DNA from: Octopus bimaculoides
Taxonomy: Eukaryota
Length of the DNA stretch: 33,521 bases
Assembly (NCBI RefSeq): GCF_001194135.2
Contig: NC_068995.1
Span: 39,057,852-39,091,372, forward strand
Reading direction: 5' to 3'
Of the stretch, positions 24,880 to 33,521 are shown piece after piece. How positions within the stretch are numbered: position 1 is the first letter of the stretch; the number at the start of each line of letters is the position of its first letter. The notes below the pieces were generated by a model, which did no database searches, was not told the DNA's origin, and saw nothing but the letters and a program-made list of their open reading frames with translations. A program made the translations under genes and the position numbers.

Positions 24880-25790
24880 CATAATTCAATTTGATTCGTA
24901 TTAGATTTTTCATTTTGCTATTTTTTTTTATATCTCTACATCCTTACTGTATCTTAACATTGTTCTTCTATTTCTTTCAGCAATCTGTCCTGTTTGTGCT
25001 ACATATTCCTCTCTCCTCTTCACTCTCACCCTCCACTCATCATACTTCTTATCTTTCGCTCTTTGCCCTTCAGTGTTCTTCCTCCTGCTTGTTGTTGGCT
25101 CTGGTTCCTGCGTTCGAGTCTCCATACTCTCTTTTTCCATAGTAACTTGTTTCTTTGTCTCCGCTTTTCTTTTCTTGGGATTATTTGGCAAAGACTCAAC
25201 GCTCGTTTTTTTTTCTTGTCTGTCGCAGCTTACTCCTCTTTTTCTCCGCTTCTACCACCACTGCTTCTAATACGTCCATCTTCCCTTGTTTCTGGGGACA
25301 CCTTGCTTGCATGTGTCCCCTTTCTCTGCAGTTATAGCATATTGGCGGTCTCCCCTCCACTACGACGCTCAGTTGGGTCTCATCGGGGAACACCAACACA
25401 TCCGCCATCTTATGTAGATCTGACAAAGTTATGTGTATCAACGCTTCGAGCCCATAACCCAACCAGCTGATCTCTTTCGACTTTATTATATCTACCTCCT
25501 CCTCGCAGTTTTAGATGATTGCTGCCATGGAACAAGAGAACCTCATGGAATATATAACAGTTAAAAAAAGACTGATAGTTAATATGTATAGTGAGAACAG
25601 TAAAATGAAACTGCGAGATTTGCGGGGCTCGTAAGCCGTTACATCCTTTCTTTGTTAAATATTTCATTTCGTATTTCATCATTCGTTTTATGTACCCCAC
25701 GTTTTTGTGTTGTCTACCCTTGTAGTGTCCTCCTCTATGTTATGGCCGTAGTACCGAATAAAGAAAGGACTTCACTCTGAGCTTCTTATA
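24880..25790 (-). mobile_element. Non-LTR retrotransposon ORF1 (gag-like) remnant with a CCHC zinc knuckle, probably L1/Tx1-like
   Basis: ORF 25196-25462 contains VVVEGRPPICYNCRERGHMQARCP (C-x2-C-x4-H-x4-C at 25298-25339), followed by a K/E/R-rich tail continuing in ORF 24928-25191. No ORF2 is seen downstream. Confidence 0.78.
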
Positions 25791-26374
25791 TCGAGCGCTG
25801 TGTCTCGTGTAATAATAATAGTAGTATGTCGTGTGTATACTTTCTTCCCTACTGCATCACGCACAAAAACAGACGCACATGTACATACATATAGACATAC
25901 ATACACACATATAGAATGGGCTCCCGTCCATTTGCCGACCCATCATTTGCCGCCTAGCAAACTTAATCATGAGATATTTGTCGGTTGTGGGCGATAATAA
26001 GAAACATTTCAACAAGTTGCCACTATGTACGATTGAACGTTATCACGTTCCTCCCAGGCAAACTACACCTATAGGAGTATTTTCTACGCTTTGTTAGTTG
26101 TGTCTGGTTTTGTCTAAATATAAAGATATGTCTGAGGAGTTCATAATACATAATTTCGTAACTATATTAAAGCGATTTTTCTTCGTAATTATGTTTTAGT
26201 CATTCGTGATTTAGTCTTAATTTGTGTCGCTTAATATTGACTGCAATAACTGTTGTCTTGCGTATATATTGTAGTATGTCTACTACTTTCACTCTATAAA
26301 TAGAATGGAAGTAATGAGAAATATTTAAAGGATAAAAACGGTAGTAATACGAAAGAACGAGGAAGTCATTAACA

Positions 26375-26501
26375 TGTGTGTATGCGCAGGCGGTTGTGCA
26401 CGTATATATGCGTGTGCGTGTGTGTGTGTGTGTGTGTGCTTGTGTATGCGTGTGTGTGTGTGTATATATGTGTGAGTGTATACATGTATACATACGTACG
26501 A

Positions 26502-26532
<31 letters not shown>

Positions 26533-26603
26533 TGTATATGTGTGGATGTATATACAAATATATATATATATAAACATATATACATGTAAATATATATATA
26601 TGT

Positions 26604-26697
<94 letters not shown>
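26375..26697. repeat. Compound (TG)n/(TA)n/(CA)n microsatellite
   Basis: Direct reading. Confidence 0.96.
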
Positions 26698-26698
<1 letters not shown>

Positions 26699-27282
26699 TA
26701 TTAAAGTACACCCCTACTATTCAAGTGAGTCTTCATTCTTAATTATCTTAATTATCTGGCTTTGGCCATTTCCGACCTACTACCAATTCATGTACGTCTT
26801 CTTTTTAAGCGGGCCCAAATTAATCTACATTCAGTATTGTATAAGATGTAACGCTAACAGTACTGGAGTTATATTGACTTATCTAACGGACAATAAATCA
26901 GGTCAATAATTTTGAATTGGATCGTATTAGAACGTGAATTACAACGCTGTACGAAAATAGATCAGTTTTTAGGTGTACATAGAAATGCGTACACAGTGGC
27001 ACTCCGTCGGTTACAACTACTAAGATTCATTTTTATTTTCAAACAATTCGCATTTCGTTCATGTCGTATTACTTCTGGTGAATTGGCTATTCTTGTCATT
27101 ATTTCGACTTCTCGTATAGAACTGGTCCTAATTGCCATTTCTTAACAGCGATTATTTCCTACAGGCAGAGCTAATTTAAATGAGATAAGAATTAATGATG
27201 TATGGTGTTTAATACACCAGATATTTGTCTTTGTTGTTCAAATACATAGTACAGTTATTTCTCCTAGGTCATTTTTGTTCAT

Positions 27283-27283
<1 letters not shown>

Positions 27284-27321
<38 letters not shown>

Positions 27322-27355
27322 CGTTTGTGTGTGTGTGGATAGATCGTTAAATAAC

Positions 27356-27387
<32 letters not shown>

Positions 27388-27410
27388 AAGATAGATAGAT
27401 AGATAGATGT
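27284..27410. repeat. (TG)n plus (GATA)n microsatellite
   Basis: Direct reading. Confidence 0.95.
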
Positions 27411-27879
27411 AAGATCTATTAAAACACAGTGTATAATAAATATTATAAATTATTTTACATATCTGTACTATTATGTATGCTATACATTATACAACACAAT
27501 TGTATACTAAAAAAAACGAGTTCAGATAAAGAAAGGTATTCCTTAAGAACACTAGAATATTATGGTTAAACCAATTCATCTAATCTTATATATACAATGT
27601 ATGGATGACAGATGACGAAACATTAGCTTGTTATGACTGTTAATAAATAGAAATAACAGAATTATTTAGTTTCATATCAATTAAGGCGTTTGATCCTAGA
27701 TAAGGGAGTCTTAATATTAACACTGAAATAATTATTGCATCATCAACGCTGGAAGATAGCTATAACAAGTGGTTAAATAAGTATATTCGCCACTCATACT
27801 TACTGACTTTTAGGAAATAATTTCATCGGTCAGATATCCTGAATTTCAACTGCATGTATATATAAATATATATATACTC

Positions 27880-28238
27880 GACTCTGTCGGTCATGAATAG
27901 CCATGGGTGCACCTAAGAGGTTCCCCTCCGAGGTACAAGTCTAGACGGAAAGTCGCCTCACCGACGAACACACAACCTAGGTTGTTTTATGGTAGACGAG
28001 CAGTCACCCATGCATTCCAGAACCCCTCTCTACGCTACCGATGTTATCGTATGGAAAGGCAAAGGCTTTTACTGCTTTACCCCAGTGACATCGCAACTCA
28101 TTTCTACAGCTGAGTGAACCGGATCAACGTGAAATAAAGTGTCTTGTTGAAGAACACAATACGAAACCCGGTCCCGGATCGAACTTACGAGCAAATGATC
28201 GTAAGCTCGACGCTTTAACCACTGAACCTTGCGACTTC
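27880..28238 (-). mobile_element. SINE family C
   Basis: Reverse-strand homolog of 21275-21590 (aacgtgaaataaagtgtcttg...ccggatcgaac...ctttaaccactga). Confidence 0.8.
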
Positions 28239-28287
28239 ACACACACATGCATCCATACATATATACATATACATACATACATATAAA

Positions 28288-28324
<37 letters not shown>
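28239..28324. repeat. (CATA)n/(TG)n microsatellite abutting the PLE 3' end
   Basis: Direct reading. Confidence 0.95.
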
Positions 28325-28328
<4 letters not shown>

Positions 28329-28580
28329 GATAAAATAAAGTGTAAAAACTACAGAAGACTTGTTATGTTTAAAGAATATATTTAAATAATTATGTTAGAA
28401 AAATGTTAGAAAATGTTTGCGTATAGTAACATTGTTTATTGAGAAAGAACCGGTTTCGTATTTTCTTTTCAAATTTCTCAAATTCCTTTACCCATATTGT
28501 GTCATCTCTTTGCTATAATTTGAAGTATGAGAGTTCCAGACAGGTGAAGGATTTCAGACAGGAGGGATTTTTCGGTATAA
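28322..28580 (-). repeat. PLE 3' pseudo-LTR (copy A), direct repeat of 32401-32651
   Basis: Collinear shared blocks include aaataaagtg, actacagaagacttgt, tttaaat..ttatgttaga, ttcttttcaaatttctcaaatt, gtgtcatctctttgctat and gttccagacag. Identity is roughly 75-80% by eye. Confidence 0.85.
28439..28481 (-). ncRNA. Minimal type I hammerhead-ribozyme-like motif with a U3:A8 variant core (pLTR copy A)
   Basis: Minus strand reads TTGAGAAAT-TTGAAAA-G(AAAATA)C-GAAA-CCGG-TT-CTTTCTCAA. It has an 8-bp helix I (TTGAGAAA/TTTCTCAA), a 7-nt core, a G-C closed helix II, GAAA, a palindromic ACCGGT helix III and a GUU triplet. There is one mismatch at position 1.1. Confidence 0.62.
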
Positions 28581-28720
28581 GGGAGATAGTCAAAAATGTT
28601 GGGACTGATTTCGTTTTATTAATTTAACATGTTTTGGTTTAGAAAGAATACAATGTTAGAAGTGGTTAGGTTTTGCTTTATATTTTTTTCCAATGAGGTA
28701 AATTTCCTTATTTAAAAATG

Positions 28721-29100
28721 CTAGATATGGTTGAGTTTTGGCTTATATCTTTCAATTAAGTTTCTTTATTTAACCTAACCTGCGTTTGTGTTCTAATAGC
28801 ACATTGATAAAAGGATAAAGATTATAAACTTTGGTAGCAGTTGCTTTGCGCATTTCGCAATGTGTTCAATAAATGGTATCATTCTGTATTCTGAGAATGC
28901 AATCTGCTGTCGGTGCAGAGTGCATCTGCGTCTGAGCGATAATCCCGTGGACTCAATGTAGATTAGGTGGCAGCCCGAGCATCTTATAACATAAATCAGG
29001 TTATCTGAGGAACAAGTAAAGTCAGATTTGATTTTGAATTATTGTCCCTCTTTGACAAGTAATCTTATCCTTCTAGAAGGTTTGGGCATGTTCCGCCATT
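28721..29100 (-). pseudogene. PLE C-terminal GIY-YIG endonuclease (disrupted)
   Basis: Manual translation gives KSDFTCSSDNLIYVIRCSGCHLIYIESTGLSLRRRCTLHRQQIAFSEYRMIPFIEHIAKCAKQLLPKF, then a frameshift, then YPFYQC...ERYKPKLNHI* (stop at 28721-28723). The IY..C..C..YI[G>E] motif is typical of PLE endonucleases. Confidence 0.88.
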
Positions 29101-29554
29101 TGCTCGATCACATTTTTTTCACTTTTGCATCCGTTATTTTAGAAAATAATTTTGCCTTAGTAAGGATCATTTTTAGTGATTTCGGTTGATTGTGGCTTTT
29201 AATGCTTTTATATGTGTGAAAATTTCCTTTAATTTGGGGTCCTTATGTAGCATTGGAAAATTTGGGGTGATGATGGTGAAGGCAACTTTGTTTCTAGGGT
29301 TGTATGTGGATATATACGGTAGTATTTTCGGGGAAGATGTGTTACTTTGTTGAAATGTTCTTAAGGTTTCTATGTCGATTTTTGTTGCACGTCTGATTCC
29401 ATCCTCTGTGAGTTGAACTGGGAAGTGCCTCTCAATCAGGGTGTTTTTGAGTTCTTGCAGTCTAAGGTTTCTGGTATTTTTTCTGATACTATTGTGCATA
29501 TCCTTCTTGCAAGGTTGATAGGGATATTTATGTTCGTGTCTTGGGTAGCATGAA

Positions 29555-31040
29555 CTAAAAAGTAGATATCGTTTGGCATCTGAGATTTTGTAAAATATAT
29601 GTTTCTATTTTTAGGTTTCTTTTTTTTAAAATTAGTATATCCAAGAATGGGAGCTCCTTTTGGTTGTATTCCATTGTGAATTTCAGGAGTTTGTCTTTGT
29701 TTTCATTCCGGAGGATGAAACTGTCGTCTAGGAATCTTTTCCAATTTTCTTTTATGTATTGGGAAAGAGGTTTTCCAAAGGTAGATAAAGATTCCTGGCA
29801 TATTATTATTACCAGATAGTCCATTGTTAGGTTCGCAATGACCGGGGCTCCCCTAGTGCCCATGGCAATTCCGAATTGTTGTCAATAAAGCGTGTTGTCT
29901 AACATAAAGTGGTTGTTTCATAGGCTGAATTCAACCTATTCAATTATGAATTCTTTGCTGATCCTTTCCGGCATTTCTTCCGGATATTGATTCAGCTAGA
30001 ACTGAATTGCCTCAAGCCCGTAATTATGAGGTACACTGCTATAGAAATTAATCACATCAAATGAAACCATGATTGTTTCTTCCTTGGCTGTTTTGGGAGG
30101 TGGTTTTATATGTCAAATTCATCCTGATATAGCTGACGATACGTTTAAGAAAGGGTTTCAGGAGGATGTCCATAAATAGACTTAGTCTGTGTATTTCACA
30201 GGCTGGGCCACCAATAATGGGTCATAATTTTAGGTCTCCTGGGTTTGATGTATGTATATACGTCTTTGGTGTTTTTGTTATGGTTTCATTTGTAATCTGG
30301 CTTTTGTGGATTTTTGGTTGACCGTAGAAAAGGCTAGGTTTGCATTTAAAGTTTGTTAAATACTCAATTTCATTGGTTGTCAGCTCTTTTCCATGGGTCA
30401 GGGTTTTCATTATTTCTTGCGGGATGTAGTTTGTGATGTTTTCGTAATGTTGACTGTCTCTCAGCATGGAGATTACTAGATTTCTATAGTATAATGTCCC
30501 CATTATTACAACTGCACTTCCTGTATCTGCTTCCTTAATCGTTATATCTTCATTATTTTGAAGTTTTGTTAGTTGCTTCCATTGTGTAGTGCTAACGTTT
30601 GAGTTAACTGACTGTTTGTGCATGATGTGGTAGATAAAGTTTGCAATGTAGTTGCAGAATTCATCAACAGTTTTATTTCTTCCATTGTGGGGGATGTGTT
30701 CACTTCTGTTTTTGTCAAGTGAGCTATCTTCAGTAATGTAATTGGTTAATGCTTCTGTGAGTCTTAATTTTCTACAGACTTCCGTTATACTGTACTTCAT
30801 TTCATTTTGGTTGGCTCTGCGTGGCGTTGAGGTGAATGTTAACCCTTTTGAGAGGGTGTCTATCTTTGTGCTTGAAAAAGGTTTAATTGGGAGGTTAATT
30901 ATGTTCGGTTTTCCCTGATCACCAGGTTGCAACCTAAGTCCTAGTGTCTCTGGCCTGGGGCTAAAATATGTTGGTTGCAGTTTTGTTTGCATGAGCTGTG
31001 TGTGAGGTTGTATGTGATTGGTCCGGGGTAATGATGGCAT
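29555..31040 (-). pseudogene. PLE reverse transcriptase region (disrupted)
   Basis: ORF 30222-31040 has the PLE pre-RT block (LSKGLTF...CRKLRL...ITIKEADTGSAVVIM...GQPKIHK). ORF 29555-29863 has the MGTRGAP motif and the RFLDD catalytic motif. The region is broken by stops and frameshifts. Confidence 0.9.
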
Positions 31041-32400
31041 TGTTGCCTCAGATTGTTATGTGTGTGTGGGTGTATATGTGTGTAACATTTCTGTATGTGG
31101 TATATTTTTGTTTGGAATTTCTTGTATGCGCGATGCTTCTTGACCTCGTGTTATTTTATAGGGTAGTAGTGCCTGGTATGTGGTGCGCTTCTTATCCTAG
31201 TGTTTTTTTTTGTGTTGTTATGGGGTGGTATGCTTGGTATTGGGACATTGTTGACGTGTTCTGTTCCTGGTGCATGGGTGATCTTTAGCTTTGGTGTAAT
31301 CTATTTCTTAAATGCGTTGGCTGCCAGCTTGTTCGCTGTTTAGTATTGGGTGGTTCAAAAACGGTGGTGGTTGATGATTTCTATTAATGGTGTATGGAGG
31401 ATAATGAGGGGAGTTGTTGTTGACTGAGTGGTTAAAATTGGGGGCGATTTGTGTGTTGTTCAATCTTTGTTACATATAGTTGTTTTTTTTTTCTTTAACA
31501 AAGGATTATCTGCACTGAATTCCTTTTTAAAGGTTGATTCATATCTTTGGAAGAAATCATTGCTTTTTTACCCAGCGCAGAAAATGTCTTTCTTCGTTTT
31601 CACAGACTTCCTTCCAAAGATTTATGTTGTTTTCGAGGGGTTGACCCTCGGTTTGTTCGTTTATATCCCCGTGCATCTCCTCTTCGATGTTTTTTTTTAT
31701 AGTTTTCTTCATTAGCGGAGGCTCTAAGTCTTAGTAGTTCAATCTCTGATTTAAGATGGAAGAGTGTTAAACTTTCTCTAATAACCATCTATCCGTTAGG
31801 TTCATTTGGTATTATTTTGATTTGGAATTTGCGTGGGATAATAATTGGTGTCGGTATCAACCATACCTCATAGATATCTGCTTTGTTGGAATACTTAATC
31901 ATATTCCAGAAAGTCAATTTTCTCTTATGGAAATTTGTGTTCCAGATGTTCTCTATTTTTCTTTCTGTGAGATTGACTTTTGTAACTATGAAGTCCTGGT
32001 GAGTTTCATTTGGTGTGCGTTGGTTGTTCGGTTTGTTTGTGAATATCGACTTTAGTGTTGAGCATAGAGTGTTTAAATATTTACTAATTTGTTCTGGTTT
32101 TCATCTGAATTCGTTGGAAGTGTCGTGGAGAGGGAGTTGTTCATTGTTGGGTTTGTTAATAAACATTGAGTTGAGAGTTGTGCATAAAAGTTGTAAGTCA
32201 TTACTAACTTGATCTCTGAAGTAGGTTTGAGTCCTCGATTTTGTTGCTTAAGGTAATGAAATGTGAGTGAATATTTCTTAGTTCATTAAGTATGTCCTCG
32301 TTTGTAATTTTATCCGATATATTGGACTTCTGTGGCATTTTCGGTCTCACGTGTTTTAGTATATTGGTGAGAGAGTTGGTATGTGAAAGCACGAGGTTGG

Positions 32401-32651
32401 ATGTATAAAAGACGAAATAAAGTGAAAAAAACTAACTACAGAAGACTTGTGTAATACGGTTAAAGAATACATTTAAATCGTTATGTTAGACAAATGTTAT
32501 AACATTTTGCATATGGTAACATTATTTTTTTTTCAGAAATAACCGGTCCGTGCTTTCTTTTCAAATTTCTCAAATTTCTTTACCGGTGAAGTGTCATCTC
32601 TTTGCTATGATTTGAAGTTCCAGACAGAAGGTAAGCGGGGATTTTTTCGTA
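32401..32651 (-). repeat. PLE 5' pseudo-LTR (copy B), truncated by the gap
   Basis: Same-orientation homolog of 28322-28580, lying immediately upstream of the PLE coding region. Confidence 0.85.
32532..32573 (-). ncRNA. Second, more decayed copy of the hammerhead-like motif (pLTR copy B)
   Basis: Minus strand reads TTGAGAAAT-TTGAAAA-G(AAAGCA)C-GGA-CCGG-TT-ATTTCTGAA. The helix I junction is intact, but GAAA has decayed to GGA. Confidence 0.52.
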
Positions 32652-33121
32652 NNNNNNNNNNNNNNNNNNNNNNNNNNNNNNNNNNNNNNNNNNNNNNNNN
32701 NNNNNNNNNNNNNNNNNNNNNNNNNNNNNNNNNNNNNNNNNNNNNNNNNNNNNNNNNNNNNNNNNNNNNNNNNNNNNNNNNNNNNNNNNNNNNNNNNNNN
32801 NNNNNNNNNNNNNNNNNNNNNNNNNNNNNNNNNNNNNNNNNNNNNNNNNNNNNNNNNNNNNNNNNNNNNNNNNNNNNNNNNNNNNNNNNNNNNNNNNNNN
32901 NNNNNNNNNNNNNNNNNNNNNNNNNNNNNNNNNNNNNNNNNNNNNNNNNNNNNNNNNNNNNNNNNNNNNNNNNNNNNNNNNNNNNNNNNNNNNNNNNNNN
33001 NNNNNNNNNNNNNNNNNNNNNNNNNNNNNNNNNNNNNNNNNNNNNNNNNNNNNNNNNNNNNNNNNNNNNNNNNNNNNNNNNNNNNNNNNNNNNNNNNNNN
33101 NNNNNNNNNNNNNNNNNNNNN
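32652..33121. other. Assembly gap (N run)
   Basis: Run of N. Confidence 1.
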
Positions 33122-33159
33122 ATATATACATACACACATATATATATACATACACATAT

Positions 33160-33460
33160 ACCCTCGGGCCGACCAAGGGCTTGTGAGTGGATTTGGCAGA
33201 CGGATCGGAAAACACCCGATGTATATATATGTGTGTGTGCGTGTATGTATGTTTGTGTGTCTGTGTTTGTCTCCCCACCATTGTTTGACAACCGATGATG
33301 GCGTGTTTACGTCACGGTAACTTAGCCATCGGCAAAAGAGACTGTAAGAATAAGTACTAAGCTTACAAAGAATAAGTCCTGCAATCGATCTGTTCGACTA
33401 AAGGCGATGCTCCAGCAAGGCCGCAGTCAAAATAACTGAAACAAATAAAACAATAAAGAA
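33160..33460 (+). mobile_element. SINE family B lacking its head (next to a gap and microsatellite)
   Basis: Collinear with 9625-9950 from ctcgggccgacca to ccgcagtcaaa, including the internal microsatellite. Confidence 0.9.
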
Positions 33461-33521
33461 TATATATATATATATACATATATATGTGGAATAAGATGAT
33501 ATATATATATATATATATATA

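Larger units (their letters stand above)
28322..32651 (-). mobile_element. Penelope-like retroelement (PLE), decayed, with N-terminal region, RT and GIY-YIG endonuclease, flanked by direct pseudo-LTRs; the 5' repeat runs into an N gap
   Basis: Minus-strand fragments show PLE RT motifs FYGQPKIHK, KL*PIIGGPACEIHRL, GIAMGTRGAPVIANL and WKRFLDDSF, followed by a GIY-YIG domain (FTCSSDNLIYVIRCSGCHLIYIESTGLSLRRRCTLHRQQI...EHIAKCA...RYKPKLNHI*). A ~250 bp direct repeat occurs at both ends. Multiple stops and frameshifts are present. Confidence 0.93.

Noticed and set aside
1-33521. CRISPR arrays or prokaryotic operons
   Set aside because: No regularly spaced repeat-spacer arrays or gene-dense regions exist; the DNA is eukaryotic intronic or intergenic sequence.

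Overview
This is AT-rich, repeat-dense eukaryotic DNA with three assembly gaps, very long compound microsatellites and about 15 SINE copies. The SINE families look like those of octopus/cephalopod genomes (inference, not database-checked). Most ORFs in the supplied track are microsatellite or low-complexity artefacts, and no host gene could be firmly identified; only isolated candidate exons were found. The largest element is a decayed ~4.3 kb Penelope-like retroelement on the minus strand (28322-32651). It has a long N-terminal region, RT and GIY-YIG endonuclease, and is bounded by two diverged direct repeats (pseudo-LTRs). Each repeat contains a minimal type I hammerhead-ribozyme architecture whose core reads UUGAAAA instead of CUGANGA, which corresponds to a compensatory U3:A8 replacement of the C3:G8 pair; this is the most interesting observation. 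Other elements are a CR1 RT remnant, a LINE ORF1 fragment with a CCHC zinc knuckle, a maT/Tc1-mariner transposase tail, mariner ends and a ~400 bp long-TIR MITE.
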